From NCBI GenBank assembly GCA_904501775.1, contig CAJGCJ010000001.1, positions 1 to 55,441 on the forward strand: a stretch of 55,441 nucleotides of DNA, given 5' to 3'. The DNA is from an uncultured Bacteroidaceae bacterium. Its GTDB lineage: Bacteria > Bacteroidota > Bacteroidia > Bacteroidales > Bacteroidaceae. The notes under the pieces are model-generated. The model was not told where the DNA came from, searched no databases, and saw nothing but the letters and a program-made list of their open reading frames with translations. The position numbers and the translations under genes were made by a program. Shown here in pieces: positions 27,430-36,318 of this stretch. Position 1 is the first letter of the stretch. Each line of letters starts with the position of its first letter.

Positions 27430-28431
27430 TCACTGTGACTCTATATAATGCAGCAGACTCTCAATATCCCTCTTCAGCCACTTATATTGCTTCGACTCCT
27501 TGTAATTGGTGTTCTTGTTCAGCATCAATGCCACATCGCATTGACTATGCCTATAGGATGAGAGTTCATTATCCATCTGCTGCTTATGGCATGCCAGACG
27601 TTGGATATCTGTTTCGCGCTTATTGCGCAGATGACGGCATATAGGACCCAGAACACGCAGCACCACACTATTCATTATATGGTGTCCCTGTATATACATG
27701 TATGTATCATCTTCCACTATTCCCAAACGAGAGAGTTCCTCTTTCAGCGCAGTGTAGGCGGGTAACAGGTGAGGGAAGCGTTTCTCAAGCAGCGCAAGTT
27801 CGTGCTCTACCCTCATGGCCAGATGTTTTAGCGAATCCTGAGGCGAAGATATCGTAAATGAGGTTATGCGAACGATATCGCAGAAACGCTGCATGCTCAT
27901 TGTCCTAAGGTCGTTGTTGCGGTAGAGCAATATGTTCCAAAGGAACAGCGGATAAGATATACGTGAGTACAGTTTGAAATAGGCCTCAAAGTCAAGTATA
28001 TCAGAATCGTTCAGAGTGCTTTGCACACAGACACGTTTCAGAGAATCGGCATAGCACTTATAATTCTCTATGGCATAGGCATATGTGTGCAGTATGTATC
28101 TATTGCCGAGCATCTGTCGCGAGGATGATGTCGCACCCTGCATAAGATAGTCGTAGTCGCTGTCGACACAAGCTATCATATTCTTTCCGACACCCTTGCC
28201 CAACATATTCATCATTGCGCTTTTTTTGCCCTTCGTAAGGCTTCTTCGCGTGGGCAGCAGCACTTCGAAATGGAATTTGTCGTTCTCGTACTCATCGAAT
28301 ACCGAGCGCCAAAACGATATGTCATCGTAACTTTCGACGTATGCCACGATGCGCGTCTTTGAGCTCTTGGGTCTTAAAGCATTTGCAGCTGCAAGAAAAC
28401 CCGAATTTATATATTCGGTGAGCCTCTTCAT
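27430..28431 (-). CDS. DUF4435-domain protein (Toprim/OLD-like putative nuclease), AriB/AbiL-component-like
   Basis: IVAYVESYDDISFW (acidic Glu), ACVDSDYDYL (DxD), YAYAIENY. 333 aa, with a C-terminal ~170 aa that I could not assign. Starts 6 nt after the ATPase stop. Confidence 0.65.
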   Translation of the reverse strand: MKRLTEYINSGFLAAANALRPKSSKTRIVAYVESYDDISFWRSVFDEYENDKFHFEVLLPTRRSLTKGKKSAMMNMLGKGVGKNMIACVDSDYDYLMQGATSSSRQMLGNRYILHTYAYAIENYKCYADSLKRVCVQSTLNDSDILDFEAYFKLYSRISYPLFLWNILLYRNNDLRTMSMQRFCDIVRITSFTISSPQDSLKHLAMRVEHELALLEKRFPHLLPAYTALKEELSRLGIVEDDTYMYIQGHHIMNSVVLRVLGPICRHLRNKRETDIQRLACHKQQMDNELSSYRHSQCDVALMLNKNTNYKESKQYKWLKRDIESLLHYIESQ

Positions 28432-28437
28432 GGGCCG

Positions 28438-29265
28438 CTACTCCTTTACTATTTCTGAAATCTCGGTTACCGCATCCATCCATCCGTCCATAATAATTGC
28501 CGGAGAGTGGGTACAGAGTATAATCTGTACATTGGGGTTGAGTGTCCGTATCAGCGAAATAAGACGCTGTTGCCACTCAATGTGCAACGACACCTCGGGC
28601 TCGTCCATAAAGAGGACTGCCGGACGTGACTCCTGAACAAGTGCCGTAAGCAGTATCACAAGCAACTGCTTTTCGCCCGAAGATAGAAGATAGGGGGATA
28701 TGACTTCGCCATATTGACTGAAATAGATTTCGTTACGGTCGCGCAGAATAGTCTTTGCAGTCTGTGCAAACAGTTCATCTATCATATCCTGAAACATCTT
28801 CTTGGGCTTCGTAATCTCGGCAGCCAGACGCTGGTCATCGGCATTGCCCGATGTCAGCAGGGATATTATTCTATTGCCAATATTTACCTGATAATTCAGG
28901 AAACGGCGTTGCAGATTATAGAGTTGCCAGTCGAGTTCGGTGCGTACATCAGCGCCCGATACCCTCGCAAGCGCTTCGCTGTTGATAACAGGCCTGTCGA
29001 CACAGCTTATAACATCGAATGTAATGGTTGTTGCATCCTGCGGATAGAACTCAATGTGTACACCCTCTTGCGGATTGCTTGTAACAATATTGTCGTGCAT
29101 AATCCTCAGATGCGCTGCCGAACGGTTTATTATGGTGCTTTTACCCACTCCGTTGCTTCCGCTGAGAATATTCACATCGGGACGCAGTTCCCAGAAAACA
29201 TGCTTGTGTTTTCCCCACAACGAATCAATCTCGATACTCTTAATATACTGTGCCTGCTTATCCAT
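28438..29265 (-). CDS. Compact ABC/RecF-type ATPase (AAA_21/AAA_15-like), AriA/AbiL-component-like
   Basis: Walker A GSNGVGKST, signature-like LSSGEKQ, Walker B/D-loop VLFMDEPEVSLH, H-loop CTHSP. The track start at 29283 is TTG and lies only 11 nt from the promoter box, so the ATG at 29265 (MDKQAQYIKSIEI) is preferred. Confidence 0.75.
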   Translation of the reverse strand: MDKQAQYIKSIEIDSLWGKHKHVFWELRPDVNILSGSNGVGKSTIINRSAAHLRIMHDNIVTSNPQEGVHIEFYPQDATTITFDVISCVDRPVINSEALARVSGADVRTELDWQLYNLQRRFLNYQVNIGNRIISLLTSGNADDQRLAAEITKPKKMFQDMIDELFAQTAKTILRDRNEIYFSQYGEVISPYLLSSGEKQLLVILLTALVQESRPAVLFMDEPEVSLHIEWQQRLISLIRTLNPNVQIILCTHSPAIIMDGWMDAVTEISEIVKE

Positions 29266-29293
29266 CTTACTTACTGTTTTCAACCGTTATTTG

Positions 29294-29301
29294 CAAAAAT
29301 A
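29294..29301 (-). promoter_or_regulatory. Putative -7 box TATTTTTG for the ATPase/DUF4435 pair
   Basis: Minus-strand TATTTTTG(CAAA), 29 nt upstream of the ATG at 29265. Confidence 0.45.
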
Positions 29302-29385
29302 GCATTTTGTTTCTCTTGCACAAATGAAGAATATTAAATTAATGTGAAAAATTGAGTTTTGATATATAATAATGATTTTTATTCT

Positions 29386-29395
29386 TATTTTCGCA
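29386..29395 (+). promoter_or_regulatory. Putative -7 box TATTTTCGCA for the nucleoside-kinase operon
   Basis: 25 nt upstream of the ATG at 29420. Confidence 0.45.
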
Positions 29396-29419
29396 CATAC
29401 ACCATAAAAACAGGCGCTT

Positions 29420-31063
29420 ATGATTACTGTATTCTGCAAAAACAACGGAGAGAGCAAGAAATTCGAAGCAGGGGTATCACTTATAGAGGTCTACAACGGA
29501 TTCAATCTGAAGATGACACAAGATGTAGTTGCCGCACTCGTAAACAACGAAGTTACCGGACTCACATTCCGTCTGTACAGGAACAAGGATGTTGAGTTCC
29601 TTGACATAACATCGGATGCCGGAATGAGACTCTATGTGCGTTCGCTGACATTTGTAATGATGAAAGCCATGCACGAACTGTTCCCGGGGCGTACTGTCCG
29701 TTTTGAGAACCCTATCTCAAACGGCTATTACTGCAGGATGGAGACTCAATTGACTGAAAACGAAGTCAACAGCATCCGCGATAGGATGCACACTATCATT
29801 GAGCGCGACATACGTTTCAAAAGGGTGGATTGCCACACATCCGAAGCGATAGAGATTTTCTCGAAGATAGGAAGGAGTGACAAGGTAAAGCTGCTCGAGA
29901 CCTATGACTCGATATACTCAAGCTATTATATGCTCGACGATTATATCGATTACTACTATGGCGGCCTGCTGCCAAGCACAGGATATATAAAGCTGTTCGA
30001 GATTGAGAAATATGGTGAAGGAGTTCTTCTGCGCATCCCCAACCGCGATTGCCCGGCCACTCTCGAGGACAAAGTTGACCAAGAGAAGCTGCAGGAGAGA
30101 TTTACCGAACGTCTGCGCTGGCATCAGATAATGGGAGTTGAGACCATAGGCGATTTCAACAAAGCGGTACAGGCCGGATATGCAATTGACCTTGTCAATG
30201 TATCCGAGGCACTGCAAGAGAAACGCATTGCCTACATTGCCGACGAGATAAAAAGACGTAATTCACGCGTAGTGCTCATAGCAGGCCCCTCATCATCGGG
30301 AAAGACAACAACGAGCAAACGCTTGAGCGTACATCTTATTGCATGCGGCCTTAAACCCTATGCTATATCATTGGACGATTTCTTTCTCAACAGGACCGAC
30401 ACGCCGCTAAAAGAGGATGGAGACTACGATTTTGAGTCGATATATTCAATAGACCTGCCCTATTTCAACGACTCGCTCAACAAGATACTTGCAGGCGAAG
30501 AGGTTATGCTGCCACATTACAATTTTCAACTTGGCGAACGCGAGTTCCTTGGCAACAGGATAAAACTAAATCCACAGATGGTATTGGTTATAGAGGGTAC
30601 ACACGGATTGAACCCCATGCTCACATCCCAGATACCCGAGGACGAGAAATTCAAGATTTATGTGTCGGCACTCACATCAATAAAACTCGATTACCATAAT
30701 AACATAGCAACATCAGATAACCGACTGATAAGGCGCATGCTGCGCGACTACAAATACCGCGGATACTCGGCCGAGGAGACAATAAGACGCTGGCCCGATG
30801 TGCGCGAGGGCGAAGAGAAGTGGATATTCCCCTATCAGGAGAATGCCGATGTAATGTTCAACTCGGCACTGCTCTACGAGCTTGCTGTACTAAAGCCACA
30901 TGTGGAACCGCTGTTGCGCCGTGTGCCACAGAACACTGCAGAATATTCCGTAGCACGTTCCCTTTTGAAAATTCTGGAATATATTGTACCTTTGCAGGAC
31001 AATGAGTTACCGCCAACATCTGTTATACGCGAATTCCTTGGTGGCAGCAGTTTCACCTATTAA
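29420..31063 (+). CDS. Nucleoside (uridine-type) kinase fused to an N-terminal TGS/ThrRS-like domain
   Basis: P-loop GPSSSGKTTTSKRL with a phosphoribulokinase/uridine-kinase-like core. The N-terminal ~230 aa contain a ubiquitin-like TGS segment (ITVFCKNNGESKKFEAGVSLIEV). Confidence 0.75.
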   Translation: MITVFCKNNGESKKFEAGVSLIEVYNGFNLKMTQDVVAALVNNEVTGLTFRLYRNKDVEFLDITSDAGMRLYVRSLTFVMMKAMHELFPGRTVRFENPISNGYYCRMETQLTENEVNSIRDRMHTIIERDIRFKRVDCHTSEAIEIFSKIGRSDKVKLLETYDSIYSSYYMLDDYIDYYYGGLLPSTGYIKLFEIEKYGEGVLLRIPNRDCPATLEDKVDQEKLQERFTERLRWHQIMGVETIGDFNKAVQAGYAIDLVNVSEALQEKRIAYIADEIKRRNSRVVLIAGPSSSGKTTTSKRLSVHLIACGLKPYAISLDDFFLNRTDTPLKEDGDYDFESIYSIDLPYFNDSLNKILAGEEVMLPHYNFQLGEREFLGNRIKLNPQMVLVIEGTHGLNPMLTSQIPEDEKFKIYVSALTSIKLDYHNNIATSDNRLIRRMLRDYKYRGYSAEETIRRWPDVREGEEKWIFPYQENADVMFNSALLYELAVLKPHVEPLLRRVPQNTAEYSVARSLLKILEYIVPLQDNELPPTSVIREFLGGSSFTY

Positions 31064-31072
31064 CAGTAATAA

Positions 31073-32302
31073 ATGAGCATTAGATTCTTAAGATACACAG
31101 CCTTGCTATGCCTGCTTATTGCAAGCATGCATATATGTGCACAGAACTCAATAGAGGAAATGAGGCGTAAGGCTGGCAACATACAGAAACAGATTACTGC
31201 AAAAGAGAAGATACTGCGCTCGTCACAGAAAGACGTGAGGAGCAAGATGCAGAACATAGAACTGCTCAACGCACAGATAAAAGAGCGAAAAGAGCTTATT
31301 GCAATCCTTAACAAGGAGTTGAAGACAATAAACGACTCTATTAAAAGAATAGATGCCGATATATCGGAGAACGAGAAGAGCATAAAGACAACTAAGAAGG
31401 AGTACTCTTTGGCTCTGCAACGCCACCAACGATACGGCTCGCTGCAGAACAAATTACTGTTCATTGTATCGGCAAAGGATTTTGACACCATGCTGCGCCG
31501 CTATCGCTACACGCGCGAATACATGGATGCACACCGCGCTTTAGGCATAGAGCTGAAGAGACAAGTCGAAGAACTTGAGATAAAACGTGCCAAGGCCGAC
31601 ACAGTGCGCTCTACAAAGAAGATTGCACTTAAAGAGCATGAAGAGCAGCAGAGCAACCTTCAGTCGCTCGAAAAGGAGCAGCGCAAGCTGGTCGGCGAAC
31701 TGCAACGACAATCGAGCAAAGTTAAGAAAGAGCTCGAGAAACAGCGCAAGCAACTTGCCAGCCTCAACAAAGAGATTGAACGCATAATAGAGCAGGAACT
31801 TGAGGCGCAGAGAAAGCGCGAACAGCAGAATTCGCAGAAGGAGAGCAAGGAACAGGTTGCACGCGAAAACGAGGGAGTAAAGAAGATGAGCGGATCGTTC
31901 CTGCAGAACAAGGGCAAGTTACCCGTACCGATAACAGGTCCCTATCACCTTGTTTCGGGATTCGGCAAGCAGAAGGGCGTAATAGGCAAAGGAAACGTAC
32001 AGATAGACAATGGAGGAATAGTCATACAAGGAGAGAAAGGCGCCAAGGCACGCTGTATCTTCGATGGCAAGGTAACAGCAGTCTTCCGCAACGACGATTG
32101 GGCATTTGTACTTGTGAGACACGGAAACTACCTTTCGGTGTATTGCCAGCTCGACAAAATAAATGTAAAGAGCGGAGACAAGGTTAAAGCCGGAGATATA
32201 TTGGGAGAGATTGCCGAGGACGCATCGGGACACACACGCCTGCTGTTCCAGCTGCGGCAAGAGAAACAGAAGCTCAATCCCACTCAATGGATAAAGCTAT
32301 AA
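31073..32302 (+). CDS. EnvC-like murein hydrolase activator (coiled coil + degenerate LytM/M23 domain)
   Basis: Signal peptide, about 250 aa of heptad-rich K/E/Q coiled coil, and a C-terminal LytM fold (GDKVKAGDILGEI). The HxxxD and HxH zinc ligands are absent (..IDNGGIVIQG.., ..TRLLFQLRQ..). Confidence 0.75.
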   Translation: MSIRFLRYTALLCLLIASMHICAQNSIEEMRRKAGNIQKQITAKEKILRSSQKDVRSKMQNIELLNAQIKERKELIAILNKELKTINDSIKRIDADISENEKSIKTTKKEYSLALQRHQRYGSLQNKLLFIVSAKDFDTMLRRYRYTREYMDAHRALGIELKRQVEELEIKRAKADTVRSTKKIALKEHEEQQSNLQSLEKEQRKLVGELQRQSSKVKKELEKQRKQLASLNKEIERIIEQELEAQRKREQQNSQKESKEQVARENEGVKKMSGSFLQNKGKLPVPITGPYHLVSGFGKQKGVIGKGNVQIDNGGIVIQGEKGAKARCIFDGKVTAVFRNDDWAFVLVRHGNYLSVYCQLDKINVKSGDKVKAGDILGEIAEDASGHTRLLFQLRQEKQKLNPTQWIKL

Positions 32303-32328
32303 TCAATGTATAAAAAGAAAGAGTTGCA

Positions 32329-33063
32329 TCAGCAACTCTTTCTTTTTATACATGCTACATAATCGTAATGTTCACCGTCCATTATTCTGGAACATTCGAG
32401 CCCGGCCTCGTTGGCATAATACTCAAGAGTATTGTAATCGAGATAGAGCCAATCGAAGGTCGCACCCTTTACTCCTTTGTAACGCATCTCAAAATCGACC
32501 TCGCCATAGTATCCGGCTGCAAGGTCTACCACGAACGAGCCATCCTCCTCTTCAAAGAGATAGCGCAGGTCCGACGAATCGAGCAACAGCTGTCCGTCCG
32601 GCGCCAGCAACCTTTTCACACAACGGAAGAACTGGGGCAGACGCTCCACCTTGCCGACGATACCTATTCCGTTCATGGCCATAAGCACGGTGTCGAACTT
32701 TTCACAGAATGTACCGTCGAAAAAGTTCACAAGGCGTGCATCAATACCACGCTCCTTCATCACCTGTACCGACAGTTCCGAGATATCTATTGCCACCACC
32801 TCGTGACCGCGTTTCTGCAACTCTACAGAGTGGCAGCCCGAGCCTGCACCTACATCAAGGACACGGCCCTTTGAGATGTCGAGCATGCACTGTTCGAGGC
32901 GCGGCATATTTTCGTAACTGCGGAAAAGAGTATCTACGGGTATCTCGTCTTCATAGAACATTGACGAGAGCACACGCAATTTAGCAGCCTTTCCTGTTGC
33001 GAAATAGTCGGCTATTGCACGCCCCATAGGGTCTTTTTTGGGTATTATAGTGGAGTTATCCAT
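32329..33063 (-). CDS. Class I SAM-dependent methyltransferase
   Basis: Motif I VLDVGAGSGCHS, acidic loop VVAIDIS. Confidence 0.8.
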   Translation of the reverse strand: MDNSTIIPKKDPMGRAIADYFATGKAAKLRVLSSMFYEDEIPVDTLFRSYENMPRLEQCMLDISKGRVLDVGAGSGCHSVELQKRGHEVVAIDISELSVQVMKERGIDARLVNFFDGTFCEKFDTVLMAMNGIGIVGKVERLPQFFRCVKRLLAPDGQLLLDSSDLRYLFEEEDGSFVVDLAAGYYGEVDFEMRYKGVKGATFDWLYLDYNTLEYYANEAGLECSRIMDGEHYDYVACIKRKSC

Positions 33064-34118
33064 TACATTTTAAGTTTACCGATAATTTTATCTGCTACAA
33101 CCTTGGGAGATATGTCCATGCAGCGATAGTCGCCATAACAGCAAGGCTTATTGCCAAAGATTGAGCATGGACGGCACTCAAGGGGAAGTTGTATGCAGTC
33201 TTCCTCTTTCTGGCGCCATCCAAGAAAACCGGCAAGTGGCGAGGTTGCACCCCATATGGATAGTGCCGGAATATCGGCCAATGACGCCATGTGCATATTT
33301 GCAGAATCCATACATAGCATCAGGTCGAGCCGGCTTATAAGACGCAGTTCACCATTGAAATTACTCTTTCCGATGAATGATATTACATTCCCGTAACTAC
33401 GGCACCAATCGTTGACAACCGCCTCTTCCTCGGCACCATTGCCAAAACATATAATCTTGATACCGCCCTTCTCGGAGAGCTGTCTCACGACTTCGCGCAT
33501 CTTGTCAATAGGATATATCTTGCCTTGATGACGTGCAAAAGGGGCAACGCCAACCCATTTGTCATCGCCCTTCACAGGGAGAATCGCAGCGAACTCAGAA
33601 ATATCACCCTTACCGTCGAACAACGACACGAAGTCGGGTGTGAAATGATAGCCCAAACGTACAAACACATCGAGATAGCGTTCGAATGTAGAGGGCAATG
33701 GCTCAAGAGATTTGTTTTTTGCCGATATCAGACGACGCTTTTGTGCACGCCCTTTCACAATATGTTCGGTGCGTACACCATTGAGTGCAAACTGGACGCG
33801 CAGAATCTTGGTACGCAGCACATCGTGCAAGTCGGCCATTGCATCGGGAGCAAACTCGTCGTTCAACTCTTTATAAAGCCGTCTGAGACCGACAATACCC
33901 TTGTAGTCATCAACATCCACCCCCTTATAAATGATATTATCGGGTTTGTTTATAAAGAACTGTTCGAAGCGTTTGCGGCTCACAAACACAAAACGGCAGT
34001 TGGGATAGGCCTTAGCCAACGGATAGAGCAATGGTATTGTCATTGCAATATCGCCTACTGCCGAGAATCGTGTAATAAGCAGCGTTTCGGCTTTTTCGTT
34101 ATTTTTTTGCAGCTCCAT
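33063..34118 (-). CDS. Glycosyltransferase family 9 (heptosyltransferase-like)
   Basis: 351 aa. N-terminal LLITRFSAVGDIAMTIPL and C-terminal CMDSANMHMASL..GATSP, typical of GT9. Confidence 0.75.
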   Translation of the reverse strand: MELQKNNEKAETLLITRFSAVGDIAMTIPLLYPLAKAYPNCRFVFVSRKRFEQFFINKPDNIIYKGVDVDDYKGIVGLRRLYKELNDEFAPDAMADLHDVLRTKILRVQFALNGVRTEHIVKGRAQKRRLISAKNKSLEPLPSTFERYLDVFVRLGYHFTPDFVSLFDGKGDISEFAAILPVKGDDKWVGVAPFARHQGKIYPIDKMREVVRQLSEKGGIKIICFGNGAEEEAVVNDWCRSYGNVISFIGKSNFNGELRLISRLDLMLCMDSANMHMASLADIPALSIWGATSPLAGFLGWRQKEEDCIQLPLECRPCSIFGNKPCCYGDYRCMDISPKVVADKIIGKLKM

Positions 34119-34713
34119 AGAGTACAGGGTTCAAGGAAGGATCGTTGTACATCTTCATCTGACGGTACACCTTCATATATTTGCGTCCTGCAGCAATATC
34201 GTCAAGCAACTGGCCGATAGAGGTTGTCATATCCTTATACTGTTCACAAAGTACATCGAGCTTGGCCTGACATTTCTGTCTGTGCTCTTCGCTCACGTCG
34301 GTGCGCTCAACCTCCTCACGCATGTGGTAAATCTTAAGCGAGAGAATTGAATAGCGGTCAACTGCCCATGCCGGGCTCTCGGTGTTTATAGTAGCATCCC
34401 CGGCAGGTGTAACGTCCTTGTAGAGATCAAGGAAATAGCTGTCAATGAGTTCAACCAAATCGGTACGGTCCTGATTTGACTTGTCAATACGTCTTTTGAG
34501 CGTCAGAGCCTCAACGGGATCAATCTGAGGATCGCGTATGATATCCTCAAAATGCCACTGCACTGTATCTATCCAGCATTTAAGGTAGAGATAATACTCT
34601 ATGCTCTTCAACGGATAGGGGTTATTTATAGGTGTATCAACATTGTCTGTCTTGTGATAATCTGCGATAGCCTCGTTGAAGATAGGCCAACTGAGCTCGG
34701 TAAATGCTTTCAT
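34099..34713 (-). CDS. DUF4254-domain protein
   Basis: The family call is from memory of Bacteroidales loci where DUF4254 sits next to GT9. The track start at 34743 is TTG; the ATG at 34713 (MKAFTELSW) fits the promoter box spacing. Confidence 0.55.
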   Translation of the reverse strand: MKAFTELSWPIFNEAIADYHKTDNVDTPINNPYPLKSIEYYLYLKCWIDTVQWHFEDIIRDPQIDPVEALTLKRRIDKSNQDRTDLVELIDSYFLDLYKDVTPAGDATINTESPAWAVDRYSILSLKIYHMREEVERTDVSEEHRQKCQAKLDVLCEQYKDMTTSIGQLLDDIAAGRKYMKVYRQMKMYNDPSLNPVLYGAAKK

Positions 34714-34740
34714 AACTACTATTTTAATTGTATTATTTGG

Positions 34741-34748
34741 CAAATCTA
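34741..34748 (-). promoter_or_regulatory. Putative -7 box TAGATTTG
   Basis: Minus-strand TAGATTTG, 28 nt upstream of the ATG at 34713. Confidence 0.4.
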
Positions 34749-34831
34749 ACTAAAGTTTACGATATTGGCAAAATATTATATAAATATTGGCTATATTTAC
34801 ATCGAAATAGAAGAGTTACACCCTACACACC

Positions 34832-35890
34832 ATGAATATTGTTATTGACGAAAAGATTCCTTATCTGAGACATGCTCTGGAACAGATGGGACACTGTGTA
34901 AAGGAGCTGCCCGGCAGCAAGATAGCAAAAAACGACCTGACAGATGCCGAAGCCCTTTTTGTACGCACCCGCACAAAATGCGATGCAGCCCTTCTCGATG
35001 GAACAGCTGTACGTTTTATAGGAACAGCCACAATCGGATATGACCACATTGATGCCGACTATTGCAAAAGCCATGACATAACATGGACCAATGCTCCCGG
35101 CTGCAATGCAGACGCAGTATTGCAATATGTACAATCGACCATATACGCTTGGATTAAGGAGAGGAGGGTCGACTGCAGCGATATAGTATTGGGCATTGTG
35201 GGTGTAGGCGAAATAGGAAGCCGCATAGCAAAATGGGCAAAAGAGTGCAATATCAGATATCTTCTCAACGACCCTCCGCGTGAAGCAGATGGTGAGAAGG
35301 GATTCTGCAGCCTCGATGATATTGCCAAAGAGTGCAATATAATCACATTCCACACAACGCTGAACAAAGGAGGCAAATTCCCGAGCCTGCACCTTGCCGA
35401 TGAGACATTCATGCAGAAGCTGCAAAAGTGCAGACTGCTGATAAATGCGTCACGCGGTGCTGTCGTCGACAACAATGCACTGCTGGAGAATCTGAGCATA
35501 GGCAACATCGAAGACATTGCACTTGATGTATGGGAGGGAGAGCCGAACTTGTCGCCTGAGCTTTTGGAGAGGGCATATATTGCCACCCCGCACATTGCCG
35601 GATATTCGACCGAAGGAAAGCTGAACGCAAGCCGCATGATGCTCGAAGCATTTGCCAAGTTCAGCAAACACCCCGGTGCAATACCGCCCATATCACTACC
35701 GGCGCCCAGCCAGCCTGTAGTTGACGCATACAGCAAAGAGGAGGCACTGCTCAAGATATATTCGCCACTGAACGACACAGCAGAACTTAAAGCAGCGCCA
35801 CACCTGTTTGAGGAGCTGCGCAACAACTATGAATTAAGACGCGAGCCTTCGGCTTATCAAATTATCATTAAAAACAACACGCAACCATAG
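34832..35890 (+). CDS. pdxB: 4-phosphoerythronate dehydrogenase
   Basis: D-2-hydroxyacid dehydrogenase fold with NAD motif GIVGVGEIGSRI, catalytic ..SRGAVVD.. and ..TPHIAGYS... The C-terminal extension is typical of PdxB. Confidence 0.8.
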   Translation: MNIVIDEKIPYLRHALEQMGHCVKELPGSKIAKNDLTDAEALFVRTRTKCDAALLDGTAVRFIGTATIGYDHIDADYCKSHDITWTNAPGCNADAVLQYVQSTIYAWIKERRVDCSDIVLGIVGVGEIGSRIAKWAKECNIRYLLNDPPREADGEKGFCSLDDIAKECNIITFHTTLNKGGKFPSLHLADETFMQKLQKCRLLINASRGAVVDNNALLENLSIGNIEDIALDVWEGEPNLSPELLERAYIATPHIAGYSTEGKLNASRMMLEAFAKFSKHPGAIPPISLPAPSQPVVDAYSKEEALLKIYSPLNDTAELKAAPHLFEELRNNYELRREPSAYQIIIKNNTQP

Positions 35891-35912
35891 TGAACAACGT
35901 GAAACACCAACA

Positions 35913-35943
35913 TTTTGCACAAGAAAAGCATATTTGTGCAAAA
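35913..35943 (+). terminator. Stem-loop after pdxB
   Basis: 10-bp arms ttttgcacaa / ttgtgcaaaa with an 11-nt loop. Confidence 0.5.
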
Positions 35944-35960
35944 AGAGAGTTATTTTTAGA

Positions 35961-35987
35961 AGAAACTCTTGGTAGTTTCTAATTTTT
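35961..35987 (+). terminator. Second hairpin with T-rich tail
   Basis: agaaact / agtttct stem followed by aattttta. Confidence 0.4.
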
Positions 35988-35991
35988 ATCA

Positions 35992-35999
35992 TAATTTTG
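35992..35999 (+). promoter_or_regulatory. Putative -7 box TAATTTTG for acpP-fabF-rnc
   Basis: Exact TAnnTTTG, 39 nt upstream of the ATG at 36038. Confidence 0.45.
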
Positions 36000-36037
36000 T
36001 CGCATCTAACAATTTATAATTCTTAAATTATACAACT

Positions 36038-36280
36038 ATGTCAGAAATCGAAGCAAGAGTAAAACAGATCATCGTTGAGAAGTTTGGTGTAATGGAGTCA
36101 CAGGTAACATCTGAGGCTAGTTTTACAAACGACCTTAGCGCAGACTCACTTGATAGAGTTGAGCTTATCATGGAAATTGAGGACGAGTTCGGTATCTCAA
36201 TCCCCGAGGATCAGGCAGAGAACATCGCAACAGTTGGCGATGCAGTTAAGTTTGTAGAGAAGGCTGTTGCTGAGAAGTAA
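36038..36280 (+). CDS. acpP: Acyl carrier protein
   Basis: 80 aa. [20 protein letters not shown] contains the phosphopantetheine Ser. Confidence 0.95.
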   Translation: MSEIEARVKQIIVEKFGVMESQVTSEASFTNDLSADSLDRVELIMEIEDEFGISIPEDQAENIATVGDAVKFVEKAVAEK

Positions 36281-36318
36281 TCAGCTCTCTCATTTCATAA
36301 CCTAACTATTCTAACTTG

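Noticed and set aside
27422-27446. Weak hairpin (tatag..gtcac / gtgac..ctata) spanning the DUF4435 stop codon, considered as a shared terminator with trkH.
   Set aside because: It has two 5-bp stem segments with a bulge and no U tract on either strand, which is too weak to call.
28349-29337. Plus-strand ORFs (28349-28636, 28714-29337, 29054-29302) that could have been a third component or antitoxin of the ATPase/DUF4435 module.
   Set aside because: All are antisense to the ATPase or DUF4435 coding sequence and show no independent signals. I keep the module as two genes.
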